Source of the DNA: Phycisphaeraceae bacterium
GTDB lineage: Bacteria; Planctomycetota; Phycisphaerae; Phycisphaerales; Phycisphaeraceae
Direction of reading: 5' to 3'
Assembly (NCBI GenBank): GCA_963674705.1
Contig: OY771506.1
Location: forward strand, 3,744,001-3,808,000
DNA: 64,000 nt
Position 1 is the first letter of the stretch. The number at the start of each line of letters is the position of its first letter. The notes beneath the pieces were generated by a model. That model did not search any database. It was not told the DNA's origin and worked only from the letters and a program-made list of their open reading frames with translations. Positions 34,143-43,613 of the stretch are shown piece after piece. Both the position numbers and the translations under genes were made by a program.

Positions 34143-34691
34143 ATGTTGAAGATCCGACAAACTGTTACATCGGATGAACAGGCTATTCACCAAGTGCATG
34201 AAGCTGCGTTTGGTGGAGAGGCCGGGCATGTAATTGCGGGCCTGACGCTTGAGTTGCTTCATGACCCGACAGCGGAGCCGTTGCTTTCGTTGTTGGCGTG
34301 GGATGGGGCGGATGCGGTTGGGCATGTGATATTCACGAGTGTGCGTATTGAAGGCGCGGCGTCCTCGCCGGTTGCTCATATTCTTGCGCCGCTTGCGGTG
34401 TTGCCGGGCAGGCAGCGGGAGGGTATTGGTACCCAAATCGTGCAAAGCGGATTGGACATGCTTAAGGATATGGGATCGGAGCTTGTTTTTGTTTTGGGGC
34501 ATCCCGAGTATTACCCGCGTTTTGGATTCAGGCCGGCGGGTGTGCTTGGGCTTTCGGCACCGTACCCGATTCATGAGAAGAACGCGGATGCGTGGATGGT
34601 GCTTGTGCTGCGCGAGGGGGTGATCGGGAACGTCAGGGGGACAGTGCGGTGTGCGCAGTCGCTGGATAAAGAAGAATACTGGGTTGAATGA
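34143..34691 (+). CDS. GNAT N-acetyltransferase (YhbS-like)
   Basis: LAPLAVLP..QREGIG; VLGHPEYYPRFGF. Confidence 0.9.
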   Translation: MLKIRQTVTSDEQAIHQVHEAAFGGEAGHVIAGLTLELLHDPTAEPLLSLLAWDGADAVGHVIFTSVRIEGAASSPVAHILAPLAVLPGRQREGIGTQIVQSGLDMLKDMGSELVFVLGHPEYYPRFGFRPAGVLGLSAPYPIHEKNADAWMVLVLREGVIGNVRGTVRCAQSLDKEEYWVE

Positions 34692-34721
34692 GTGTGGATT
34701 GAACGGCTCCTATTCACACAC

Positions 34722-34751
34722 AAAAAGCCCACGTTCGGCGAACGTGGGCTT
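34722..34751 (-). terminator. Hairpin/terminator between convergent genes; belongs to a repeat family with 63834-63860
   Basis: aagcccacgttc-ggc-gaacgtgggctt perfect 12-bp stem. Confidence 0.75.
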
Positions 34752-34792
34752 CGGGTGGTGTTGATTGTGTGTTAGTGTTTGTGGTGGGCGGT

Positions 34793-35722
34793 TTACTCGC
34801 TCTTGTCGAGGTGGACGTCCATCTGCGGGAAGGGGATGCCGATGCCAGCTTCGTCGAGGTGCATCTTTACGGCGCGGGTGGTTTTTTCCTTGATCCCCCA
34901 GTAATCGGCGGCGGGGCACCAGACACGGACGGTCCAGTTCACGGATGAATCGCCGAGGTCACCGAGCACGATCGCGTGCGCCGGATCGCTGAGGATGCCT
35001 TCAACACTCTGGGCAGCCTTGTCGAGCACTTCGCGTGTCTTGTCGATGTCAGCCGAGTATTCAACACCCACATTGACGTCGACGCGTCGGGTACCATGGT
35101 GGGTGATGTTCTCGATGGTAGCGCCGTAGATTGAGCCGTTGGGGACGATGATGCGGCGGTTGTCCGGGGTGTCCAGCGCTGTGGTGAACAGTTCGATCTC
35201 GTAGACCTTGCCGATGACGCCCGCGGCGTTGATAACATCACCGACCTTGAACGGGCGGAAGACCAGGAGCATGACGCCGGAGGCGAAGTGGCCGAGTGTG
35301 CCGGACAGGGCCATACCGATAGCGAAGCCGGCGGCGGCGATGATGGCGGCAAACGCGGTGACTTCCACACCCAACCGGCCCAGTGCGATGATCACGCCCA
35401 GTGTCAGGACCGAATACTTTGCCATCTTGCCGAAGAAACGGGCGAGGGTTTCATCGATCTTGGCCTTGGTCAGCGAGCCGCGCACGCTGCGGTTGGCGAT
35501 GCCGGCGATGAAGTAGGCCACGATCAGGATAATCAGGGCCCAGATCAATGGCAGGCCGTAATTCTGGAACAGCTCGGACATTTTTTCAGGTGTGAAGTAG
35601 GTGCCGACGTCCTGCATGGTCATATTTTCGATACCGCTTTTGGCACCTTCCGCGGTTTGTGCCACTTCTTCGGTTGTTTCGGCAGCAGTATCTGCAGCCT
35701 GTGCGAGAATGGTCATCAACAT
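34793..35722 (-). CDS. mscS: Small-conductance mechanosensitive channel
   Basis: AIGMALSGTL..FASG, RPFKVGD, IIVPNG, GIGIPFPQMDVHL. Confidence 0.93.
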   Translation of the reverse strand: MLMTILAQAADTAAETTEEVAQTAEGAKSGIENMTMQDVGTYFTPEKMSELFQNYGLPLIWALIILIVAYFIAGIANRSVRGSLTKAKIDETLARFFGKMAKYSVLTLGVIIALGRLGVEVTAFAAIIAAAGFAIGMALSGTLGHFASGVMLLVFRPFKVGDVINAAGVIGKVYEIELFTTALDTPDNRRIIVPNGSIYGATIENITHHGTRRVDVNVGVEYSADIDKTREVLDKAAQSVEGILSDPAHAIVLGDLGDSSVNWTVRVWCPAADYWGIKEKTTRAVKMHLDEAGIGIPFPQMDVHLDKSE

Positions 35723-35822
35723 GTATAGGTCTCCGTGGTAAAGTACGGTGTACGTATAGAGTGAGAGAATTTAAACCGCCTGGGGAATATACTTACCCCG
35801 GGGCACATTGTAATCAGGTGTT

Positions 35823-36893
35823 ATGTTCACTGTAAAGCGGATCAATTTGTGCCGGTTGACGATCGTGATGAGTTTCACGATTGCTTTGTATGCAGGCATG
35901 ACATCTGCACAGCAGCCGAAAGTTGCTGAGGCAAGATTTACGGCGAAAGATACAGTCCGTCAGTGGGCCGATAAGAAGCCTGAAACCGACACATTTCTAA
36001 AGAATATCCAATGGGAACCGGGAGCGTTTGAGGTGCGTTGCACCGCGACGCCGGGGTTGAGGTATGACGCGCTGGTGCGGTTTGAATCGCCGGTGAAGAC
36101 CGGGGATCGCTGGCTCGATGAAGTCGTGCTTGTCTGGTATGCGGCACGTGGCGAGGATGGCAAGGCCATCGAAGCGCCGGCCGTGCTGATGGTGCATTCG
36201 CTTCATCCCCGGATGATCGTGGCGGACCAACTGGCTCAGCAGTTCGCCAAGCAGGGGTTGCATACGTTTGTCATCCAGATGCCGGGATACGGTTTTCGTT
36301 GGGACAAACTGCGGCGTTACCCGGGGACGACAACACTGATCAACGGCCGACAAACCATTGCGGATTGCCTGCGGGCAAAGGATGCGATTTCCGTGTTGCC
36401 GAACATCAAGCAAGGCCCGATCGCATTACAGGGAACGAGCCTGGGTGGATTCGTCGCGGCGACGGTCGGCGGGGTCGACCCGTCATTCAAACCGGTCGTG
36501 CTGCTGATCAGCGGTGCGGATGGTTACAGCACGCTGACGAACGGTCAGCATGACGCGATGTATCTGCGTAATGCGTTATCGCAGCTTGGATATCAGGGGG
36601 AATCCTTGCGTGATCTGCTCGATCCGGTTGAACCGTTGCATGTCGCTCAACGGCTTGACCCGGCTCAGACGTGGATGATTAACGCCAGGGATGATCAGAC
36701 GATCCCGCGAGCGAACAGCGACGCGCTGGCTGAGGCTATCGGGCTGGATGATGAACACCGATTGTGGGTCAACGCGAACCATTACACTGCGGCGTTATTG
36801 TTGAAGCCGGTGACGGAGAAGATGGTTCAGATCATCAAGGGCGAGGAAGTGGAGGCGGAGATTACTGTACCGGTATTTGGAGGTTCGCAGTAA
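35823..36893 (+). CDS. Secreted alpha/beta hydrolase
   Basis: Signal peptide; GTSLGG; DQTIP; NHYT. Confidence 0.85.
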   Translation: MFTVKRINLCRLTIVMSFTIALYAGMTSAQQPKVAEARFTAKDTVRQWADKKPETDTFLKNIQWEPGAFEVRCTATPGLRYDALVRFESPVKTGDRWLDEVVLVWYAARGEDGKAIEAPAVLMVHSLHPRMIVADQLAQQFAKQGLHTFVIQMPGYGFRWDKLRRYPGTTTLINGRQTIADCLRAKDAISVLPNIKQGPIALQGTSLGGFVAATVGGVDPSFKPVVLLISGADGYSTLTNGQHDAMYLRNALSQLGYQGESLRDLLDPVEPLHVAQRLDPAQTWMINARDDQTIPRANSDALAEAIGLDDEHRLWVNANHYTAALLLKPVTEKMVQIIKGEEVEAEITVPVFGGSQ

Positions 36894-37404
36894 ATTCTTC
36901 GACCGTCATGCTGCTGGCGGAAGCATCGAGTAGCGCGACGTTGATCGAATCCGATGCGTGCCAACCGGCGACGGCATCGAACACCAGCACGAGGCTGACG
37001 GGCCGGGCGGAGATCAGGTCTTTACCAGACAGCGCACATTCCGGGTGATCGAATGCGACGGCGAAGAGGTCTCGCCATTCATAGCTTGTGCCGAAGTCCT
37101 CGTCGTAACCGTCCACGTCGTCCGGGCACAGGTAGACCTTGTCGATTTTCAGGTAGGGCCAGATGAGTGCATCCCAGGTTTCGTCGGCGTAATCATCTGG
37201 ACCGAAACCATCATTGTCCTGAGCGTAGACGGTAAACGCGGTGGATATCTGATGGAGGTTGGAGAGGCAGGTCGCTTTTCTTTGCGATGCTTTGGCGGCG
37301 GCAAGAGCGGGTAAAAGCAGGCCGACCAAAATCGCGATCACGACGATCACGATGATCAACTCGACCATCGTATAGCCTCGATGACCATACCGATTCGTTT
37401 TCAT
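36862..37404 (-). CDS. Prepilin-type N-terminal methylation protein (DUF1559-like)
   Basis: RGYTMVELIIVIVVIAILVGLLLPAL; CLSNLHQI; CPDD; H-x-N..LD. Confidence 0.88.
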   Translation of the reverse strand: MKTNRYGHRGYTMVELIIVIVVIAILVGLLLPALAAAKASQRKATCLSNLHQISTAFTVYAQDNDGFGPDDYADETWDALIWPYLKIDKVYLCPDDVDGYDEDFGTSYEWRDLFAVAFDHPECALSGKDLISARPVSLVLVFDAVAGWHASDSINVALLDASASSMTVEEFTANLQIPVQ

Positions 37405-37417
37405 ATTTTGTTTGGTC

Positions 37418-37879
37418 TTACTGGGATTTGGCGACCAGTTTACCGCTGAGTTGACCACCTTTGTAAGGGCCTCTTGTGACGGTGGCGGTATAGTTGGTTG
37501 TTAACTTCCAGACCCCGGCGCGTGTTTTTTGAATACGGACACGCGCGGTGAGTTTACCTTTGCTGTTGCCGTCGTCGTCTTTAATCAGCAAGGTTCCGGT
37601 CGCGTTCATGGTCTGCGTGCTCTGACGGGTGACGCGCTCGCTGAGCACGAGTTTGAAGATGGCTTCGCCATCACTGCTGACACCGGTGATTTTATTGCCG
37701 GATAACGTCAGCGAACCTGCATCTCGCGCCGCTTCGGTGATGCCTTGGTAGGTTTCCGAGCCGGTCAGACGGTATGAATATGCGCCTTGGGCCCGGGCCC
37801 GTTTGGCAGCGGCGTCGACAGGCAGGCACAGCATCGCAATAGCAAGAATGCTAAATAACAGGGGCAGTTTGTGTTTCAT
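37418..37879 (-). CDS. Hypothetical secreted basic beta-strand protein
   Basis: RBS ggagg; signal peptide. Confidence 0.7.
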   Translation of the reverse strand: MKHKLPLLFSILAIAMLCLPVDAAAKRARAQGAYSYRLTGSETYQGITEAARDAGSLTLSGNKITGVSSDGEAIFKLVLSERVTRQSTQTMNATGTLLIKDDDGNSKGKLTARVRIQKTRAGVWKLTTNYTATVTRGPYKGGQLSGKLVAKSQ

Positions 37880-37967
37880 GTCGGGCCTCCAAAAGGTATA
37901 TAAATCTTATTATCTACCGAGGGGCCGATAAGTCAATAAAAACCGGTGGTTTTCACCGAGAACTTAC

Positions 37968-39245
37968 TTAACTGCTTGGCTCGACAGCCGTAGCGCTTTG
38001 CATGCGGGTGCGCAGGTGGTCCAGCACGTTCATGTAGTTGATGTAGCTGTCGTAGGGCGATTCGTATGGGTTGAAGTACTTATGGACCGCGCCGTCGGCG
38101 AAGTACTTGGTGCACATGTAGTAGAAGTGGTCGCTGGTGGTGAGGGTGCGCCAGTCGGAGAGCAGTTTGGGATCGCCCTTTTTCTTGATCTGTTCTTCGA
38201 GGCGGTACAGCTCATGCAGGGCGCTGGACTGCATGGCATTGCCCAGCCAGGCGCTGAGGTCGCGTTCGGTGTCGGCCCAGGAGGTCATCTGCTTGACATC
38301 GTAGACGCCGATGGGCTCGTAGTTTTCGATGGTTTCGCTGGGGGTGTGGATGTGGATGCCGCGTTCGAGTATGTGGCCGGGCAGTGCGGACATGAACTCG
38401 AAGATGCCGGTCTCCTGCCACTGGTGTTCGCCGAGGGTTTCGTAGTCGATGAAGAGGTTGATGGTTTCGCCATCTTCTTTGTGAAGCGCCGTGGCGAGCC
38501 AGTCGGCGTACTTTTCGGCGGTCAGCGGCCATTCGCTCCACTCGTGGTTGCTGAAGCGGAACGCGATGTCATCAGACAAACGGTAGTTCTTCAACAGGAT
38601 CGGAAGCTGCGGGCAGTCCGGCGGGGTGAAGAGGTGGTTCGGCGATCGACCTTCAAGGGATTGCTCCACGCCTTCAGCGAGTACGCCCGTGAACCGGCCC
38701 ATCCACGCTATGTGGGCGGCCAGTTCGTTGTTGTAGATCAACTCGGTATTACGGAAGACGGACGGCGTCTGGCCGAACTGGTCCTCGATCAGGCGGGTGT
38801 GCAGGTCAACCTGCTGGTTAAATTCATCCTTGCTGTAAAGGAAGGCGAGGCTGTGGTGGTAGGTTTCAGCGAGGAACTCGCAGCAGCCGGTATCGACCAG
38901 CTCGCGGAATTGCTCAAGCACCTCGGGGGCGTACATTTTCAGTTGCTCGATCACGCTGCCGGTCAGTGAGAATCCGACGCGGAAGTTGCCCTCGTGGCGT
39001 TGAACGAGGCTGAGCATCAGCTTGGTGGCGGGCAGGTAGCACTTGTTGGCGACCTTGCGGATGATGTGGCTGTTGCGTGGGGCGTCGAAGTACTGGGCAT
39101 CGGCATCAAAGACGCTGTAACGGCGCAGGCGACGTGGCTGGTGCAATTGGAAGTAAAAACATACAGACGCCATACCGGTGTGCTCCGGTGCTGTTACGGG
39201 TGCTACGGGTTCAACCGGCTTTAAACCGGTACTGCCCGACGCCAT
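37968..39245 (-). CDS. Glycoside hydrolase family 57 (alpha-amylase-type)
   Basis: HQPRRL, ETYHHSL, FRNTELIY, DYETLGEHQ, SWADTERD, SDHFYYM. Confidence 0.93.
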   Translation of the reverse strand: MASGSTGLKPVEPVAPVTAPEHTGMASVCFYFQLHQPRRLRRYSVFDADAQYFDAPRNSHIIRKVANKCYLPATKLMLSLVQRHEGNFRVGFSLTGSVIEQLKMYAPEVLEQFRELVDTGCCEFLAETYHHSLAFLYSKDEFNQQVDLHTRLIEDQFGQTPSVFRNTELIYNNELAAHIAWMGRFTGVLAEGVEQSLEGRSPNHLFTPPDCPQLPILLKNYRLSDDIAFRFSNHEWSEWPLTAEKYADWLATALHKEDGETINLFIDYETLGEHQWQETGIFEFMSALPGHILERGIHIHTPSETIENYEPIGVYDVKQMTSWADTERDLSAWLGNAMQSSALHELYRLEEQIKKKGDPKLLSDWRTLTTSDHFYYMCTKYFADGAVHKYFNPYESPYDSYINYMNVLDHLRTRMQSATAVEPSS

Positions 39246-39553
39246 TGTCTACACAAGTGGAGGTAATGCAACTATTGAATTTTTTCAAACGTTTTTGGGC
39301 CGGGTAATTATGGATTACCAGTGTTGCTGAAGATCATCGAGCTGAGGCGGGCGTAGGTCAGGTAGCTGTAGCCTTAGCCGTGCAGGTCCATCAGCTTGTA
39401 TCGGGAGCAGATACGCAAAAAACAGGTGGATTGACAGTCAGGCGATCCAGCGCAGGCCCTGCCTTGGTCTGCCAGTGAGGCATCGGCTATACTCCCAAAC
39501 CCGTTTCAGGACGCCACCTATTGAACCTGAGAGGGTAAACGGAACGTTTAACC

Positions 39554-42500
39554 ATGCTTACAGCCAGTGAAATCCGACAGCAGTACCTGGACTACTTCGC
39601 CGACAAGTGCGGCCACACCGTCGTGCCCTCGAGCCCGGTCGTGCCCCACGACGATCCGACGCTATTGTTCGCCAACGCCGGGATGAACCAGTTCAAGCCG
39701 TACTTCCTGGGTACGGAACAGCCGCCGTACCACCGGGCCGTGGATACGCAGAAGTGCATCAGGGCCGGCGGCAAGCACAATGACCTGGAAGATGTGGGTA
39801 AGGACACATACCACCACACGTTCTTCGAGATGCTCGGTAACTGGTCGTTCGGGGACTACTTCAAGAAGGAAGCCATCGACTGGGCGTGGGATTTGCTGAC
39901 CAAGGTCTGGAAGATCGACCCCGAGAGGTTGCACGCGACCTACTTCGAGGGTGATAAGTCCGAGGGGCTGGAGCCGGACATCGAGGCCCGCGACCTCTGG
40001 CTGCGCTACCTCCCGACCGAGCGCGTGCACCCGGGCAACAAGAAAGACAACTTCTGGGAAATGGGCGACACCGGCCCGTGCGGCCCGTGTTCGGAAATCC
40101 ACTACGACCGAACCCCCGACAAGAGCGGCGCGAAACTCGTCAACGCCGATGGACAGGACAGCGTGGTCGAGATCTGGAACCTGGTGTTCATCCAGTTCAA
40201 TCGTGGCACGGATGGCAAACTCACACCGCTGCCGGCCAAGCACGTCGACACGGGCATGGGCTTTGAGCGCATCGTGCGCGTGTTGCAAGGCAAAGACTCG
40301 AACTACGACACGGATGTGTTTACGCCGTTGTTCGAGGCGATCCGGAAGGTGACGGGTGCGAAGCCGTACAGCGGATCGATGGAAGACCACACGGATATCG
40401 CGTATCGCATCCTGGCGGACCATATCCGTTGTTTGACGATCGCCCTGACGGACGGGGCGGTGCCGAGCAATGAAGGGCGCGGGTATGTGTTGCGTCGCAT
40501 CCTCCGCCGCGCAGTGCGCCACGGCCGACAGACATTCGGGATGAACGAGCCGTTCTTTTACAAACTCGTGGACGCCGTCGTCGACCTGATGGGCGATGCG
40601 TTCCCCGAACTAAAGAAGAACCCCAAAGATGTGGCGGAGCTGATCAAGGAAGAAGAGGTCAGCTTTGGGAAGACGATTGATCGGGGGATCGCGCTGTTTG
40701 AACAGGCTGCATATATGGGTATTTCACAGGCCCTTGATACAGGCATGATGCAATATGATCTAAAAGAGCACCATATCTATGTCCCAGAAGAAGATATGCT
40801 CTCAAAACTCGAACCGAAAGAAAAATATCGCTATCGAGTTAAATTAACACTGAAAAATGACAGTGTGATTGAATTTGAAATACCAATGGGTGATGTTGCC
40901 GCGCAGCGTGAGGTACTACTTGCTCATCCTGAATTCCCATGGCAAATATCTGCTGAAGACGCCTTCATGCTCTACGACACCTACGGCTTCCCGCTGGACC
41001 TGACGCAGGTGATGGCGGAGGAGCGGGGGATGAGTGTGGATGTGGCGGGGTTTGAGAAGCTGATGGACGAGGCTCGCGAGAAGTCACGTGCCGGCGGCGG
41101 TGGCGGTGATGCGCGACAGTCGCTGGTGGAGATCGTGCAGAAGGGCGGTTTGCCGACGACGGAATTTGTCGGGTATGAGAAGACGGAGTTGCCCGCGTTC
41201 CAGACGGCGCTGCATGTGTATCGCGTGGGCACGAACTGCGGGATGTACAAGCAGGCGGAGCAGGTCGAGGCGGGTAAGCCATGTGCGGTGGTGGTCGAGA
41301 AGACGCCGTTCTATGCTGAGGCCGGCGGTCAGGTCGGCGATGTCGGCGTGATGCAAGTGGACGGCGGCGCACGTGTGAAGATCACGGACACGATCAAGGT
41401 TGGGGATGTGACGTTCCATCTTGGCGAAGTTGTAGCTGGCACGTTGAAGCCGGCTTCCACAGCGAAGGTTGCGCTGGCGGTCGACAAGGTTCGGCGGATG
41501 AAGATCATGGCCAACCACACGACGACGCACGTGATGAACCGCGCGTTGCGTAACCATGTCAATAAGGAGGCCGATCAGAAGGGGTCACTCGTTGACGATC
41601 AGAAGCTGCGTTTCGACTTCTCGCACAAGGCGGCGCTGACCGAGGAAGAGCTTGCGAAGGTTGAGCAGCAGGTCAACGACGATATCGCGAAGGATTTGCC
41701 CGTTTATACCGATCACGTGCCGCAGAAGAAGGCGTTGAAGATCAACGGCTTGCGTGCGGTGTTCGGCGAGAAGTATCCCGACATCGTGCGCGTGGTGAGT
41801 ATAGGCGTGCCGGTGGATGATCTTGTGAATAAGCCGGGCAACAAGGAGTGGGCGGATTACAGCATCGAGTTCTGCGGCGGGACGCACCTGCCGAAGACGG
41901 GAGATGCGGAAGGTTTCTGCATCGTCAGCCAGGAAGCGGTCAGCAAGGGCGTGCGTCGTGTGACAGCGCTCACCGGTTCAGAAGCACACAAGGCGACGGC
42001 TGAGGCGGACATGCTGGTGCATCGAGCCGAATCGTTATTGTCAGCATCTCCGGAGTCGCTTGCTGAGCAGATCGAGGCGATCACCAAGACGGCGGATGGT
42101 TCGACCTTGCCGGTGGTATCGCGAAATCGATTGCGTGCGTTGATGACGGAGCTATCGCAGAAGCTCAAGCAGTTCCAGAAAGAACAAGGCAGCCAGGCGG
42201 AGGAGGCTGTGGTTGATTCCGCGCGCAAGATCGCGGATGAGTCGGCCGGCCCGGTCATCGTGGCGCAGGTTCCCAATGCGGATGGCAAGACGCTGCGTAA
42301 CGCGATGGATGTCATTCGCAAGAAACATCCCGAAGCGGCGATCTTCCTGGCAGCCGACAGCGAAGGCAAAGTCGCGTTGATGGCGACGGTTGCGAAGGAT
42401 CTGATCGGCAAGGGCCTGAAGGCGGGAGACTGGATCAAGCAGGTCGCGCCGGTTGTAGGCGGCGGCGGCGGTGGTCGGCCGGACAGCGCGCAGGCCGGCG

Positions 42501-42571
42501 GGAAACTGCCCGAGAAGTTGCCTGAGGCGATGGAGGCGGCGAAGGCGTTTGCGGCGGAGGCGCTGAAGTAG
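39554..42571 (+). CDS. alaS: Alanine--tRNA ligase
   Basis: DPTLLFANAGMNQFK, HHTFFEMLGNWSFGDYFK, LYDTYGFP, NHTTTH and EFCGGTH editing site, GGGGGRP DHHA1. Confidence 0.98.
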   Translation: MLTASEIRQQYLDYFADKCGHTVVPSSPVVPHDDPTLLFANAGMNQFKPYFLGTEQPPYHRAVDTQKCIRAGGKHNDLEDVGKDTYHHTFFEMLGNWSFGDYFKKEAIDWAWDLLTKVWKIDPERLHATYFEGDKSEGLEPDIEARDLWLRYLPTERVHPGNKKDNFWEMGDTGPCGPCSEIHYDRTPDKSGAKLVNADGQDSVVEIWNLVFIQFNRGTDGKLTPLPAKHVDTGMGFERIVRVLQGKDSNYDTDVFTPLFEAIRKVTGAKPYSGSMEDHTDIAYRILADHIRCLTIALTDGAVPSNEGRGYVLRRILRRAVRHGRQTFGMNEPFFYKLVDAVVDLMGDAFPELKKNPKDVAELIKEEEVSFGKTIDRGIALFEQAAYMGISQALDTGMMQYDLKEHHIYVPEEDMLSKLEPKEKYRYRVKLTLKNDSVIEFEIPMGDVAAQREVLLAHPEFPWQISAEDAFMLYDTYGFPLDLTQVMAEERGMSVDVAGFEKLMDEAREKSRAGGGGGDARQSLVEIVQKGGLPTTEFVGYEKTELPAFQTALHVYRVGTNCGMYKQAEQVEAGKPCAVVVEKTPFYAEAGGQVGDVGVMQVDGGARVKITDTIKVGDVTFHLGEVVAGTLKPASTAKVALAVDKVRRMKIMANHTTTHVMNRALRNHVNKEADQKGSLVDDQKLRFDFSHKAALTEEELAKVEQQVNDDIAKDLPVYTDHVPQKKALKINGLRAVFGEKYPDIVRVVSIGVPVDDLVNKPGNKEWADYSIEFCGGTHLPKTGDAEGFCIVSQEAVSKGVRRVTALTGSEAHKATAEADMLVHRAESLLSASPESLAEQIEAITKTADGSTLPVVSRNRLRALMTELSQKLKQFQKEQGSQAEEAVVDSARKIADESAGPVIVAQVPNADGKTLRNAMDVIRKKHPEAAIFLAADSEGKVALMATVAKDLIGKGLKAGDWIKQVAPVVGGGGGGRPDSAQAGGKLPEKLPEAMEAAKAFAAEALK

Positions 42572-42574
42572 GAT

Positions 42575-42604
42575 CGCTTAGCCGCAAGCGGCTTAGAAGA
42601 GTTA
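42575..42604 (+). repeat. Family B REP; left copy of a 30-bp direct repeat
   Basis: cgcttagccgcaagcggcttagaagagtta. Confidence 0.85.
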
Positions 42605-42770
42605 TATTAAACATCTGACATCATCGGATTGGTTGGTTGCTTGATGCATACAGATGCAGTTTTTTGCTGCGCGCACCTGTGGCTTCATCTGGCTTTCATG
42701 TTCGGCGTGTCATACTGACGCCGGTTTGATTGGTTGTATGCCTCTAAACCGATGACCGCAGGAACACGCC

Positions 42771-43580
42771 ATGAATGAACTGAATAAAGTCGCTCAGATT
42801 ACGTTGTCCTTCTGGATCATGAAGGTGCTTGCCACCACATTGGGGGAAACAGCTGGGGATATGCTTTCGATGACGCTTGATCTGGGCTACATCGTTGGGC
42901 TGATGATTACCGGCGGTTTTTTGCTTCTGATGCTTGTGATTCAATTACGTGTCAGGCGATTCCACCCGTTGATTTACTGGACAGTCATTATCGGCACGAC
43001 CACGGCCGGGACGGAAGTGTCCGACATGATGGACCGTACTTTCGGACTTGGTTATACAGCCGGGTCGATACTGCTCGTTTGCGGATTATTTGCCACTTTA
43101 GGGGTCTGGCACCTGATCGAGGGCAGGATTGAGGTGTACCCGATTCAGACCACACGCACCGAGTTGCTTTACTGGATCGCGATCCTCTTCTCGAACAGTT
43201 TAGGCACGGCTTTTGGCGACTATCTCAGCGACGATCTTGGACTGAGTTATATCAATGGCGCGTTTGTAACGGCCGGTGTCATCGCGATTGTTCTGGCCGT
43301 GCATTACTTGCCGCGTGTTAACCAGGTCGCGCTGTTCTGGATCGCTTTCATCTTTACCCGCCCGTTTGGTGCTACGTTCGGAGACTTCCTGACGAAACCG
43401 CTTGATAAAGGCGGGATGGACCTGGGCACGATCCCCGCATCGGCGGTGACATTAGTGTTGTTGGGGGTGCTGATGGTTTACAGCCAGATGCGTATGACTC
43501 AGTCATTGGTGCCTGTCGTCGGTGTTGATGTTGCAGATGCGGGGACAAACGAACTGGTTGCCCGGGATTCGTTGGAGTAA
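42771..43580 (+). CDS. COG4705/DUF347-type membrane protein
   Basis: NKVAQITLSFWIMKVLATTLGETAGD; LGTAFGD; TRPFGATFGDFLTKP internal repeats. Confidence 0.85.
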   Translation: MNELNKVAQITLSFWIMKVLATTLGETAGDMLSMTLDLGYIVGLMITGGFLLLMLVIQLRVRRFHPLIYWTVIIGTTTAGTEVSDMMDRTFGLGYTAGSILLVCGLFATLGVWHLIEGRIEVYPIQTTRTELLYWIAILFSNSLGTAFGDYLSDDLGLSYINGAFVTAGVIAIVLAVHYLPRVNQVALFWIAFIFTRPFGATFGDFLTKPLDKGGMDLGTIPASAVTLVLLGVLMVYSQMRMTQSLVPVVGVDVADAGTNELVARDSLE

Positions 43581-43583
43581 TTG

Positions 43584-43613
43584 CGCTAAGCCGCAAGCGG
43601 CTTAGAAAAGTTA
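43584..43613 (+). repeat. Family B REP; right copy of the 30-bp direct repeat, including the SDR stop codon
   Basis: cgctaagccgcaagcggcttagaaaagtta. Confidence 0.85.

Noticed and set aside
39431..39493. Sigma70 promoter TTGACA..TATACT for alaS
   Set aside because: The hexamers are about 50 bp apart, not 16-18
40705..40955. Intein or intron in alaS
   Set aside because: No Cys/Ser start or His-Asn end, too short, frame stays open, and no group I/II intron hallmarks
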